Of a stretch of DNA of 64,000 bases, positions 37,622 through 47,402 are shown in pieces; position 1 is the stretch's first letter, and each line of letters starts with the position of its first letter. Source of the DNA: Tissierellia bacterium (GTDB lineage: Bacteria; Bacillota; Clostridia; Tissierellales; Peptoniphilaceae); assembly GCA_030529425.1 (NCBI GenBank), contig JAUMWX010000004.1, positions 78,629 through 142,628 on the forward strand, in the 5' to 3' direction. A program made the position numbers and the translations under genes. Under the pieces are notes generated by a model that had not been told where the DNA came from, ran no database searches, and was given only the letters and a program-made list of their open reading frames with translations.

Positions 37622-38809
37622 CTAATCAATTGTAATACTTATTTTGTTTATATTTACTATGTCTATTTTTTTCGTTGTTTTTATTTCAGGTTCAATCCAA
37701 TGATTTCCTGATGTTAATTCCTTTAAATCCAATTTCACTATAAAATCCTTGGAAGTCAATTTATCCACTTCTTCTGCAAATCCCTTCACTTCAATATAAT
37801 ATTTAAGGTTTTGATTTGTAAATGTCTGAGAATCCTGTTTAATTACTTGAATCTCCGGTATAGGAATTTCAATCATTTTCGTTTTTTTAGACTCGATTTC
37901 TACGCTTCCGATTATTTGTATATCCGAATTTACCACGGATATATTTTCAGGTAAATCAAGTTTTACGGTTTCCTTAAAACTTCCTATAACCTTGGATAAA
38001 TCTATAAGTTTTGTATTTATAAATTCAATGGAATCAATATATTTTTTATTTCCTTTTATATAAATTTTATTGGGATTCAGTTTTATTTCCTTTAATTTGT
38101 AATCCGAATCTAAATTGTCACTAAATTTAGGTCTGATTTCGACCTCTTTTGTCTTGGATATTATAGCATTGATATTTACAAAATTTTGTCCCAATTTAAT
38201 ATTTTCTACTTGCTTTCCCTCTTTATCAACCGCGACAATATTTACATTTGTTATAATATCATCTTCTACTTCACTAAGGTTTAATATGGCTTTTACGCTT
38301 TCAACCTTCTCAACTGATGATCTTGCTCCGTTTATAGATATTTTTTCAGGAGTTGCTTTTTTAGATTCCAAAATATAATTCTCTTTAAGTTCCCCGGTTG
38401 TTTCTATATTGATTACAAAATCTTTATTTATTATTTTTTGAATATCCAGACTTATACTTCTCGGCTCGTTTACCAAAGATGTACCAACAGGCAAAGAATA
38501 TTTCAATTCAACCAAATTTACTCCCTCTCTAAGATCATATAAATCCGCCGTTACTCTAAAATGACTTGCGGTAAGGTTTATAAGTTGGTTTCTCTTTCCG
38601 CTGACCTGTAAATCCACCGTGGTTTTGTTGTAATTCATTAATTCCAATCCTGAATTAAACAAATATTCTTCGTTTTCCAATATTACAGGTACATTTGTGA
38701 ATCTGGTGGTAACTGTGGGATTTTCACTTGCTACCACAAATGACCAAAGCAATATTGCCAATATTAAGGAAATCAGCTTGATTTTCCAATTATTCTTTAA
38801 TGTTTTCAT
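37622..38809 (-). CDS. cdaR: YbbR-domain protein, diadenylate cyclase regulator CdaR.
   Basis: N-terminal TM then repeated YbbR-like beta domains. Overlaps cdaA by 20 bp. Confidence 0.75.
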   Translation of the reverse strand: MKTLKNNWKIKLISLILAILLWSFVVASENPTVTTRFTNVPVILENEEYLFNSGLELMNYNKTTVDLQVSGKRNQLINLTASHFRVTADLYDLREGVNLVELKYSLPVGTSLVNEPRSISLDIQKIINKDFVINIETTGELKENYILESKKATPEKISINGARSSVEKVESVKAILNLSEVEDDIITNVNIVAVDKEGKQVENIKLGQNFVNINAIISKTKEVEIRPKFSDNLDSDYKLKEIKLNPNKIYIKGNKKYIDSIEFINTKLIDLSKVIGSFKETVKLDLPENISVVNSDIQIIGSVEIESKKTKMIEIPIPEIQVIKQDSQTFTNQNLKYYIEVKGFAEEVDKLTSKDFIVKLDLKELTSGNHWIEPEIKTTKKIDIVNINKISITID

Positions 38810-39626
38810 CTGCTGTATCCTTTCTTGCTAGTATGGTTTCATCATTTTTTATGAATATGCTGTATAATGTTTCTCTAAGAGTTTCTTCATCAACATATCT
38901 GTTTATTCTGCCGTTAGTTGCTGTAGAAATAACTCCGGTTTCTTCAGATACGATTATTATAAAAGCATCACTTTTTTCACTCATACCTTTTGCCGCTCTA
39001 TGTCTTGTTCCGAGTTCCTTGGATACGGTTTGATCGGTACTTAGAGGTAAAAAACATCCTGCAGCGACTATTTTCTCATCTTTTATAATTACAGCCCCGT
39101 CATGTAGCGGTGTATTTGGAATGAATATATTTATCAAAAGTTCACTGGAAACAGATCCGTTAATATAAGTTCCCGTTTCTGCAATATCTGAAAGTCCGAC
39201 TTTGTTTTCAATTACTATTAAAGCTCCTATTTTTTGTCTTGCAAGTGATGCTACAGCACTCGTAATCTCTTCCGCTTTAAATTCAGTCTGCTCCCTTTTT
39301 ATCTTTACAATGGAAGTTATCCATCTATTTGTTCTTCCAAGCTTTTCAAAAGCTCTTCTAAGTTCAGGTTGAAATACAACTATTATCAAAATCATCCCCA
39401 CTGTAAAAATATTGTTAATCAACCATGTCACGGCATAAAGATTTAGCGCTTCACTAATCTTTGAAAAGAATAATATCGTAAAAATACCTTTTAATAATTG
39501 TTCCGCTCTGGTCTCTTTAACCAATAAAATAAGTTTATAAATTAAGAAAGTTATAACTATAATGTCTATGATGTCAGTAATCTTTATAGTGGATAATATT
39601 AAAAATAACTCATTCCAAAATCTCAT
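38790..39626 (-). CDS. cdaA: Diadenylate cyclase (c-di-AMP synthase) CdaA.
   Basis: 3 N-terminal TM helices, then a DAC domain with the signature motifs DGAVII and GTRHRAA. Start placed at MRFWNE. Confidence 0.85.
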   Translation of the reverse strand: MRFWNELFLILSTIKITDIIDIIVITFLIYKLILLVKETRAEQLLKGIFTILFFSKISEALNLYAVTWLINNIFTVGMILIIVVFQPELRRAFEKLGRTNRWITSIVKIKREQTEFKAEEITSAVASLARQKIGALIVIENKVGLSDIAETGTYINGSVSSELLINIFIPNTPLHDGAVIIKDEKIVAAGCFLPLSTDQTVSKELGTRHRAAKGMSEKSDAFIIIVSEETGVISTATNGRINRYVDEETLRETLYSIFIKNDETILARKDTADENIKE

Positions 39627-39805
39627 GTTTTCACCACCTTTCAACTTATATATTCTATCATATATACCGGTAAAAAAAAATCAATTTCATATGTTAATAT
39701 TTTTTAATAGTTAGTCATAACATTAGAACATTTTAATAATTGTTAGTTATTTTTAACTGAATTGTGGTGCTATAATTTAGTTAATAAAATATTGAGGAGG
39801 TTATT

Positions 39806-40387
39806 ATGTCATTAAAAGGAACAAAAACAGCAGTAAATCTGCTAGCATCATTTGCAGGTGAAAGCCAAGCAAGAATGAGATATACATATTATGCAAAAGT
39901 AGCAAAAGAGGAAGGTTATGTACAAATAAAAGATATTTTTGAAGAAACAGCAAGAAATGAAGAAGAACATGCCAAAAGATTCTATAATTTCTTGAAAGCT
40001 GACCTAAATGGAGAAGAATTGGAAATCCAAGCTGCATACCCTATTACTCTTGCAGATACCGAAACAAATCTATTGGCTGCCGCTGAAGGAGAACATGAAG
40101 AATTCGTAAAAATGTATCCTGAATTTGCTGATATAGCTCAAGAAGAAGGTTTTAATATGGTAGCTAAGGCTTTTAGAGAAATAGCAAAAGCCGAATCCGC
40201 TCATGAAAATAGATTTAGAAAATTGTTACAAAATATTAAAGAAGATAAAGTTTTCAAAAGAGATGAAAAAACTCTTTGGAAATGTGGAAACTGCGGATAT
40301 ATTTGGGAAGGAGAAGAAGCACCTCAAGTTTGTCCTGCATGCTTACATAAGAGAGAATATTTTGAATTATTTGTGGAAACCTATTAA
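39806..40387 (+). CDS. rbr: Rubrerythrin.
   Basis: Diiron four-helix ferritin-like domain (E...EEHA repeats) plus a C-terminal rubredoxin-like CGNCGY ... CPAC. GAGGAGG SD. Confidence 0.9.
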   Translation: MSLKGTKTAVNLLASFAGESQARMRYTYYAKVAKEEGYVQIKDIFEETARNEEEHAKRFYNFLKADLNGEELEIQAAYPITLADTETNLLAAAEGEHEEFVKMYPEFADIAQEEGFNMVAKAFREIAKAESAHENRFRKLLQNIKEDKVFKRDEKTLWKCGNCGYIWEGEEAPQVCPACLHKREYFELFVETY

Positions 40388-40405
40388 AATAGAATCAACG
40401 CAAAT

Positions 40406-40434
40406 AAAAACGGCTTAAATTAGCCGTTTTTATT
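40406..40434 (+). terminator. Rho-independent terminator of rbr (CGGCT/AGCCG stem plus T-run).
   Basis: AAAAACGGCTTAAATTAGCCGTTTTTATT. Confidence 0.65.
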
Positions 40435-40448
40435 ATTATGGATCAACC

Positions 40449-40494
40449 GAAAAAAGCCCCAAAAAGTTGAATTTTTGGGGTCAACTTTTTGGGG
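40449..40494 (-). terminator. Rho-independent terminator of the Cna-B surface protein gene: perfect 14-bp inverted repeat CCCCAAAAAGTTGA-N10-TCAACTTTTTGGGG.
   Basis: On the minus strand the hairpin is followed by CTTTTTTCGG. The TTTTTGGGG element occurs three times in the region. Confidence 0.6.
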
Positions 40495-40558
40495 ACAATA
40501 CCTTTGCACTATTTTCTAACAGATAAATGGATTATCGATTTACTTTTTCATATTCATA

Positions 40559-43183
40559 TTATTTATTTTTATTTCGGTTTGTTACGAAGAAAATAACTCC
40601 TAAAGCTACGACAGCAACGGCAACCACTCCAACTTGTAAATATATCTTACTGTTGTCTCCGGTGTCAGGGGTCTTATCTTTATCATCAGTTTTTTGATAA
40701 GTATTTACTATTATGAATCCTTCTTCAGAATTCCCGCTAACTTGAGTAGAATAGTTTTCTACTTGTATCTCTGATATTGTGTAAACTATTTCTTTGCCGT
40801 CTTTATATACATCCAAATCACCAAAACTGTCTTTCCACTTGTTACTTTCATTCAATACCAACTCTTTACCTGTTTTTTTTCCGTCTGCATATAATTTAAC
40901 CGTTATCTTTTCAGGACGCTTTCCATCCTTATTAAAATCATCTTTCCAAATTTTTAATACATGAATCGTTCTCTTTTCAGGATTATGTCTATTTATTATA
41001 TTATATCCGTCGACTTCAGCGGTATAGGACTCGACCGCTTCTTCTTTTATCGTATAATCTATTAACTTTCCATCTTTATATTTTGGAAGTTTTTCAAATT
41101 TCCACTTCCAACCGTCTTTTTCTGTTACTTCTTTTTTCTGTAATTCTTTTCCATTCGCAAACAACTTCACTACTATTTTTTCAGGTCTCTTTGCGTCCTG
41201 ATTATCCGCATCTTCCCAAGTCTTGGATCCCTCGATATCTATAATTTCAGGTATATGAGTATTTTTTACTACAAATCCTTTTCTTACCTTTCCTGATATC
41301 TCAGTCGTATATCCATCTATAGGTTCTTCGTATATATTATAAATCACTTTCACACAGTTAATATACTTACTTAAGTTTTCAAAAGTCCCCTTCCAATTAT
41401 TTGATTCATTCAATACCAGTTTCTTAGTAAGTCCTGAAATATTCGTTTTTAATATAATAGTTACGCTTTCAGGACGCTTTCCGTCTTGATTATTTGCATC
41501 ATCCCAAACTTTTGAAACATCAATAAATATTCTTTCCATATTATGTCTATTTATTATGTCATATCCTCTTATCTGAGTGAAGTAATGATCCACATTTTTT
41601 TCATCTATTGTATAGTTTATTAATTTTCCGTTTTGATACTTAGGCAATTTCTCAAATTTCCATTTCCAACCGTCGGATTCTTTTACTTCCTTTTTTTGTA
41701 CTTCTTTATTATTTGCAAATAACTTTACCACTATCTTTTCAGGTCTGTTTCCGTATTTATTATTTTCGTCGTCCCAAGTCTTAGCGCCCTCAATGTCAAT
41801 CGTTTCAGGTATATAAGTATTTGTTACCTTAAATCCCTCTTCGGGACTACCTGTTATTTCGGTTGTATATCCTTGAACAGTATCTTCCTTAATGGAATAT
41901 ACAATTTTTTGCCCATCATCATTATATTCTTGAAGACTTTCAAATTTACCCTTCCAATCATTTGAGTTATCTAAAATCAAAGATTTGTCTGTAGCTTTGC
42001 CGTCTGCTAAAAGATTTATCTTTACACTGTCAGGTCTTTTTCCGTCTTGGTTGTCCTTATCATTCCATTCTTTTTCTACTTCAATATCGATTATATTAAC
42101 TTTTGTAAAAGTAAAATGAACTGTGTCATCAATCTTAATTCGATATCTTGCAAACACATGAGAAGATAAAAAATTTGTAAGTACATCCTCATTCCAATGT
42201 ATAGGAAATACCGCTTCATACCTTCCCGGAGGTAATTCTTCAAAAGAACCTCCCATAAAGTTTTTATACTCCGCACGATCTGATATGAATTCTCCCTCAT
42301 CTTCAGAAGTATATCTATATATAAACAACTTATCAAAATTATTAATATCAAAGGAAGTCACTTCTCTGGTATCAAAATCATAGTATTCTACACTTTGAAT
42401 GTGTTCTTTTAATTTGGATACAATTTCCTCATCAGTCATCTTGTTATTTATTTCAACTTTTTCATTTTCGAAAACCGCTTCGGAAAGCTTTACATCTTCA
42501 ACTTCAGTTGCAAGGTACAAATGCATTGTTTCTTCAGGTTGATATTCAACACTCTTCATTCCGTGCAAACCGGAAAAAGCATTAAACGCAACATTAAAAG
42601 CTCCGCTCTCGTCATATGTACCGTACTTAACCCTTATAACCGAACTGATCAATTCTCCATTCGAGGCTATCTCATAAGGACCATACCCTTTTGCCACTAT
42701 TCTATGAAATACATCTGTAAAATATATATTACCTGTGTAAATAAAATTATTTGCAGATAAGGACCCCGGAGTCTCAGGCTTTGGAACACTTAATAAATCT
42801 ATGTAATATTTATTGTCATTTTTGTTTAAAACCGCAATTTCCGGTCTTTCATACATATCGGGATATACTACTTGAGGTCTTATTCCTTCGATAACCTCAC
42901 TGGTACTCGCATCAACGGGATACCACACAGCAGGTACTTCTACATCAATATACTTAGGCAATTCTTGGCTTTTAAGTGTATTTGAATCTTCCGTTTTTTC
43001 TGTCCCAACGCTTATTTTATCATTCTTTCTATTCTCTTCTTTGTGTTCAACAGTTTTATCAGCTTTCAAAGAACTGTCATTTTGCTCCTGTTTTTTTTCT
43101 TTTTCTTGCGCAAAAACACCTCTAGGTAAAATATTGATAACAAGAAGCAAAGCAACCAACATCGACCAAAATCTTCTCTTCAT
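40559..43183 (-). CDS. Cell-wall-anchored surface protein with six tandem Cna-B-type (prealbumin-like) domains.
   Basis: Signal peptide MKRRFWSMLVALLLVINILPRGVFA. Repeated WDDxNNxDGKRPE ... NESNxWKG units. C-terminal sorting-signal-like TPDTG, then a hydrophobic helix and RNKNK tail. Confidence 0.75.
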   Translation of the reverse strand: MKRRFWSMLVALLLVINILPRGVFAQEKEKKQEQNDSSLKADKTVEHKEENRKNDKISVGTEKTEDSNTLKSQELPKYIDVEVPAVWYPVDASTSEVIEGIRPQVVYPDMYERPEIAVLNKNDNKYYIDLLSVPKPETPGSLSANNFIYTGNIYFTDVFHRIVAKGYGPYEIASNGELISSVIRVKYGTYDESGAFNVAFNAFSGLHGMKSVEYQPEETMHLYLATEVEDVKLSEAVFENEKVEINNKMTDEEIVSKLKEHIQSVEYYDFDTREVTSFDINNFDKLFIYRYTSEDEGEFISDRAEYKNFMGGSFEELPPGRYEAVFPIHWNEDVLTNFLSSHVFARYRIKIDDTVHFTFTKVNIIDIEVEKEWNDKDNQDGKRPDSVKINLLADGKATDKSLILDNSNDWKGKFESLQEYNDDGQKIVYSIKEDTVQGYTTEITGSPEEGFKVTNTYIPETIDIEGAKTWDDENNKYGNRPEKIVVKLFANNKEVQKKEVKESDGWKWKFEKLPKYQNGKLINYTIDEKNVDHYFTQIRGYDIINRHNMERIFIDVSKVWDDANNQDGKRPESVTIILKTNISGLTKKLVLNESNNWKGTFENLSKYINCVKVIYNIYEEPIDGYTTEISGKVRKGFVVKNTHIPEIIDIEGSKTWEDADNQDAKRPEKIVVKLFANGKELQKKEVTEKDGWKWKFEKLPKYKDGKLIDYTIKEEAVESYTAEVDGYNIINRHNPEKRTIHVLKIWKDDFNKDGKRPEKITVKLYADGKKTGKELVLNESNKWKDSFGDLDVYKDGKEIVYTISEIQVENYSTQVSGNSEEGFIIVNTYQKTDDKDKTPDTGDNSKIYLQVGVVAVAVVALGVIFFVTNRNKNK
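40666..42091 (-). repeat. Intragenic tandem repeats (about 560-bp super-units of paired Cna-B domains) within the surface protein gene.
   Basis: Near-identical DNA blocks, for example TTTTCAGGTCT ... CAGGTATAT at about 41171-41262 versus about 41735-41826. The protein repeat period is about 186 aa. Confidence 0.6.
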
Positions 43184-43626
43184 TTCTCCCTCCTGAATAA
43201 TACATTCTAATCATATTATCTGATGGATTTTCTTTTAAAGTCAAAATATGAATTTCATGTCCCAACTTCAAAAATAATAAATTCATAAAATACTGATTAT
43301 ATTAATATTATATCTTTGAAAGAAAGAGTATAACGGTAGATACTTTATATTTTTTTATATTTTATTATAAATATGCTTTCAAACTTACATGTTTCATTGT
43401 TAAAAACATCCTAATTAATTAATATATTTATAAATATCCAAAAATTACTACCTTAACACCGATATTATTCATAATTATTTATAATATTTTAAAAAAGTAT
43501 AATATTCCATGATTTTAATCTAGTATTTTTTTATGGTTTTAATTATATTATCTAAAATTTTATTATCAGTTTGGTAATTTTTTTCTATAAATTTTAACAC
43601 TATCCAAAAAAAAATTTCTTAACAAT

Positions 43627-43656
43627 TAAAAAGATGAGAACCCGTATTGGGCTCTC
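43627..43656 (-). terminator. Rho-independent terminator (GAGAACCC/GGGCTCTC imperfect stem, T-run on the minus strand).
   Basis: Downstream of the membrane-protein gene ending at 43676. The minus strand reads GAGAGCCCAATACGGGTTCTCATCTTTTTAA. Confidence 0.5.
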
Positions 43657-43675
43657 ACCAAAAAATCATTTAATA

Positions 43676-44206
43676 CTATTGCTCTTTTTCTTCAGTTTTA
43701 TCTTCAACAACTTCTTTTACTTCTTCAACTTTAGCTTGTGCCTTTTCATCCGGTTTATTCTTCAGATTTTTAGCCGATTCCCCTATCTTGCCGCCAAGTC
43801 CCATTACAGTTTCAGTAATATTTGCTCCATAATTGTATCTTACCAATAATGTCCATACAACCAAAAGTGCATAAATCAACAAGAATAAAAATGAACCAAA
43901 TCCAATTCCTCCCAAAACTGATGAAAAGAATAAAACACCTGTAACTCCGTATATTCCAAAACCGAATTTTACTAAAAATTTTGTATCATCACAAACTTTT
44001 TCAAATACGGTAAGTAAAAATAACACTATTGGAACTAAAAATAAAATTAGTACCGCGATATTTGAAATAGCATCAAAAACGCTTGATTTAGCAGAATATC
44101 CCATAATAGAAATTCCAAACACGGGAATAAAATTAAAAATGAAAGCTAATCCCAATAATATCCAAGTTACAATATTCTTCTTAATGTTCTCTTGTGAAAA
44201 ATTCAT
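43676..44206 (-). CDS. Membrane protein (4 TM) with an acidic/lysine-rich C-terminal tail, unknown function.
   Basis: 176 aa. Hydrophobic core then KNLKNKPDEKAQAKVEEVKEVVEDKTEEKEQ. Lies 55 bp downstream of znuB. Confidence 0.45.
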   Translation of the reverse strand: MNFSQENIKKNIVTWILLGLAFIFNFIPVFGISIMGYSAKSSVFDAISNIAVLILFLVPIVLFLLTVFEKVCDDTKFLVKFGFGIYGVTGVLFFSSVLGGIGFGSFLFLLIYALLVVWTLLVRYNYGANITETVMGLGGKIGESAKNLKNKPDEKAQAKVEEVKEVVEDKTEEKEQ

Positions 44207-44261
44207 ACTTTCCTCCTTATATTTTGTATTATTTTTAGTATATAAGTGATACTGTCATTAG

Positions 44262-45071
44262 TCAAGTTTTTAGCATAAATTTATGATATATTGATTTTAT
44301 CGCCATAGTCAAAACCAAACCTATTACAGCAACGACAATAATTGATCCGCCGGGTTTAAGTTTCAAGTGATATGCAGCAACGAGCCCTGATATAAAATAC
44401 AAAACTCCGAATAATATTGAAAATAAAACAGTCATTTTATAGTTTTTACCTATTAGCATTGCCGTGGCAACAGGCAATATCATCAATGATGAAACTATCA
44501 AAACACCGACAATTCTGGCAGATATGGCAATAGTTATTGCAAGCATAAATGTGAACATATAGTCTATGAAATTATTTTTTACTCCTGCAAGCCTTGCCCC
44601 CAGCTTATCAACAGAAATATACAATAAACCATAGTAAAGATAGTAATAAATAAATACTACAACTATCGTAGTCAATAAAATTATTAATATATCTACATTA
44701 TTTATCGCAATTACCGATCCAAATAAAAAAGATTCAAAATTTTGGGATCCCGGAACATAGTCGGAAAGTATTGAGGCAAGTCCTATACCTAAACTTGTAA
44801 CTATAGCTGTTGCCATATCCCCATTCTTGGGAAATTTATTTCTCAAAGATTCAATAGAAAAAGCCGCTAAAATACTCATCAATACTCCTCCCAAAATTGG
44901 GTTGACTCCGATTATAAGTCCGAAAAATATACCGCCTAATGTAGTATGAGAAAGTGCATCCCCTATTGTCGATGTCTTCCTATTTACTACAATCGTCCCT
45001 ATCAACGGAATTATAATAGAGATAAAAAATCCTGCAATTAGTGCCTTACGCATAAAATCATACTGTAGCAT
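44262..45071 (-). CDS. znuB: Metal (zinc/manganese) ABC transporter permease.
   Basis: 269 aa, 8-9 TM, ABC-3 family. Stop/start overlap with the ATPase gene. Confidence 0.8.
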   Translation of the reverse strand: MLQYDFMRKALIAGFFISIIIPLIGTIVVNRKTSTIGDALSHTTLGGIFFGLIIGVNPILGGVLMSILAAFSIESLRNKFPKNGDMATAIVTSLGIGLASILSDYVPGSQNFESFLFGSVIAINNVDILIILLTTIVVVFIYYYLYYGLLYISVDKLGARLAGVKNNFIDYMFTFMLAITIAISARIVGVLIVSSLMILPVATAMLIGKNYKMTVLFSILFGVLYFISGLVAAYHLKLKPGGSIIVVAVIGLVLTMAIKSIYHKFMLKT

Positions 45072-45739
45072 TATATTTCTCTCATTTCTTTGTTTTTTAG
45101 TATAAATTTCCTAGTAAAATACCTATCGGCTATTTCAAGCTCATGAGTAACCATAATTATGGTTATATCATGGTCTTTGTTAAGATGCTTAAGCACACTA
45201 AAAAATTCTTTCTTGCTATCCTCATCAACTCCTACGGTAGGTTCATCAAAAATCAACACTTCAGGTTTATGAACCATTGCCTTTGCTATCATAACCCTTT
45301 GTTTTTGCCCGCCGCTTAGTTCATTAAAGTTTTTATTGGCAAAATTCTTAATCCCGAACATTTCCAAAACCGTGTCCACTTCCTTAAAATGCCTCTTTGA
45401 AGGTCTATTAAAAATATTAAAATCTTGGTACAAGTTTAGTAAAACCATCTCTTTAACACTTATAGGAAACGCAACAGAATTTGCTCTGTCGACTTGGGGA
45501 ACATATCCTATTTTTTTCCAATCTTTAAATCTCTTATGATTTTGATCAAAAATTTTCATTTCCCCCACATAATCTTTAAGTTCACCGATTAGTATTTTTA
45601 AAAATGTAGATTTGCCGCTACCATTGTTTCCAATGATACCGACAAAATCATTTCTGTAAATATTCAAATTAATGTTTTCTATAACTTTTGAATTGTCATA
45701 TCCAAAACTTAAATTTTCTATTTCAAGAATTTTTCTCAT
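45071..45739 (-). CDS. znuC: Metal ABC transporter ATP-binding protein.
   Basis: Walker A GNNGSGKST, signature LSGGQKQRV and Walker B LIFDEPT. Confidence 0.8.
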   Translation of the reverse strand: MRKILEIENLSFGYDNSKVIENINLNIYRNDFVGIIGNNGSGKSTFLKILIGELKDYVGEMKIFDQNHKRFKDWKKIGYVPQVDRANSVAFPISVKEMVLLNLYQDFNIFNRPSKRHFKEVDTVLEMFGIKNFANKNFNELSGGQKQRVMIAKAMVHKPEVLIFDEPTVGVDEDSKKEFFSVLKHLNKDHDITIIMVTHELEIADRYFTRKFILKNKEMREI

Positions 45740-46848
45740 TATCTTCCTTCAAATGAATCTACAATATTTTTCAAATTCATCTCCATCAAACTCAAGTACT
45801 CGAAACCTTTTTGTATATCTTCCTGTGATAATACTTCTAGAGTAGAAATTGCTTTAAAATTTCCACCTATTTGTTCAGCAATCGTCTTTGCAATTTTATC
45901 GCTTCTTCCATATTCGTAAAATACGGTTTTTGCTTTATGTTCAGTCATTTCGTCTATGATTTCTTTCATTCTGCTTACATTCGGTTCACTGTCGGAATTT
46001 ATACCTTCGATACCTTCCTGTTCAAAACCGTAATCTTTTGCCAAATAACCGAATGCCGCATGAGGTACGAATATTTCTTTTCCCTTGTGTGGCGCCAATT
46101 GTTGTGTAAATTTTTTGTCCAATTCTTCAAACTTTGCCTTGTTCTCAGCAAAATTAGCTTCATAAAAATCTTTATTTTCAGGATCTAGTTCAACTAATTT
46201 GTTTTTAACTGTTTCCAACATTTTAACGGCATTCTTTATGCTCAACCATGTATGCGGATCATACTTGCCATGTGAATGTCCGTCATGATCGTGGTCATGA
46301 AGATGTAAAACATCATCATCGTGATCATGATCGTGTTTATCATCGTGGTCATCTTTATGATCATGGTCATGTCCGTCTGATTCGATCAATTTAAGATTTG
46401 TAGATAAATCAAGTATATTCAAGCCTTTATTTGCTGATTCTATCTTTTCTATCCATCCTTCAAATCCCGCTCCGTTTATAACAAGCAAATCAGATGAAAG
46501 AATATCTTCCATTTCTTTAATTCCCGGCTCAAATCCGTGAGCTGAACCTGATTTTGTCAAATTAATAACTTCAACTTTGTCTTTTCCTATTTTTGATACA
46601 AAATCAAAGCCCGGATAAAAAGAGGTAACAATCTTTAATTTCTTAGATTCTTTAACATTATCTTTATTTTCAACTTTTGATTCTTGCTTATTTTTGTTTT
46701 CAGTTTGAGATTTTTTTTCTTCCTTATTTTCCTTAGTATCTTTATTTTCTTCGGTATTTTTATTTTGATTACTATTAGTATTTGTTTTTCCACATGCTGT
46801 TAAAACAAGCGTTAATACTAGTAGTAATGCTAAAATTTTCTTCTTCAT
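45739..46848 (-). CDS. znuA: Zinc ABC transporter substrate-binding lipoprotein (ZnuA/AdcA-like) with a His-rich loop.
   Basis: Lipobox LVLTAC. Cluster 9 SBP fold. His/Asp-rich insert DGHDHDHKDDHDDKHDHDHDDDVLHLHDHDHDGHSH. Confidence 0.85.
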   Translation of the reverse strand: MKKKILALLLVLTLVLTACGKTNTNSNQNKNTEENKDTKENKEEKKSQTENKNKQESKVENKDNVKESKKLKIVTSFYPGFDFVSKIGKDKVEVINLTKSGSAHGFEPGIKEMEDILSSDLLVINGAGFEGWIEKIESANKGLNILDLSTNLKLIESDGHDHDHKDDHDDKHDHDHDDDVLHLHDHDHDGHSHGKYDPHTWLSIKNAVKMLETVKNKLVELDPENKDFYEANFAENKAKFEELDKKFTQQLAPHKGKEIFVPHAAFGYLAKDYGFEQEGIEGINSDSEPNVSRMKEIIDEMTEHKAKTVFYEYGRSDKIAKTIAEQIGGNFKAISTLEVLSQEDIQKGFEYLSLMEMNLKNIVDSFEGR

Positions 46849-46859
46849 TTTTCCTCCTC

Positions 46860-46880
46860 TAAATGCGAATCATTCTCAAC
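46860..46880. promoter_or_regulatory. Candidate Zur box overlapping the znuA promoter (TAAATGCGAATCATTCTCAAC).
   Basis: Partial match to the Firmicutes Zur consensus AAATCGTAATNATTACGATTT, with core GAATCATTC palindromic. Lies in the 96-bp divergent zur/znuA intergenic region. The match is weak. Confidence 0.3.
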
Positions 46881-46944
46881 TAGTAATTATAATATAAAAT
46901 AGCTTTTTGTCAAGAAAGATGTATAATATATTTGAGGTGAATTT

Positions 46945-47349
46945 ATGAGTAGGAAATTATTAAAAGATAGAAACCTGAAAATTACAAAAAGCAGATTGGC
47001 AATTTTGGACCTTTTGAAAGAAAAAAGTCCGTTGACTGCCGAAGAAATAAATGATCTGTTAAAGGATGAACACTCAAATTTGTCTTCCATATATAGAAAC
47101 TTGTCGGTGTTTGTAGAAAATCACTTGCTGATTAAAACTGTAGGTCATAACAATATTGCATATTATCAACTCAATGACGATCATCATAAACATCAGTTAA
47201 TTTGTAAAAATTGCAATAAGTCGATATCTATTGAATTTTGCCCTACCCATCAATTTGAAGAGCAAATTGAAAAAGAAACCGGTTATGAGATTATGTCTCA
47301 CAATTTTGAATTTATCGGTCTTTGCCCTAATTGTAAAAATAAAAAATAA
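46945..47349 (+). CDS. zur: Fur-family metalloregulator, likely Zur.
   Basis: 134 aa Fur fold with HTH (ITKSRLAILDLL) and C-terminal CxxC ... CxxC (CKNCNK ... CPNCKN). Divergent from znuACB. Confidence 0.8.
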   Translation: MSRKLLKDRNLKITKSRLAILDLLKEKSPLTAEEINDLLKDEHSNLSSIYRNLSVFVENHLLIKTVGHNNIAYYQLNDDHHKHQLICKNCNKSISIEFCPTHQFEEQIEKETGYEIMSHNFEFIGLCPNCKNKK

Positions 47350-47353
47350 GTAT

Positions 47354-47402
47354 ATACTGATCTTAAAGTACAAATCCTTGAAAGATCAGTATTTTTATTT
47401 TT
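47354..47402 (+). terminator. Rho-independent terminator of zur (11-bp stem ATACTGATCTT/AAGATCAGTAT plus a T-run).
   Basis: Hairpin with a roughly 17-nt loop followed by TTTTTATTTTT. Confidence 0.65.

Noticed and set aside
39700-39775. Possible PerR/Fur-type box (TTTTAATAATTGTTA) upstream of rubrerythrin.
   Set aside because: It is AT-rich with only partial dyad symmetry, indistinguishable from background in a 30% GC intergenic region.
46260-46400. DNA-level CAT/GAT microsatellite-like repeats in znuA.
   Set aside because: They encode the His/Asp-rich metal-binding loop of ZnuA. They are a coding low-complexity region rather than an independent repeat element.
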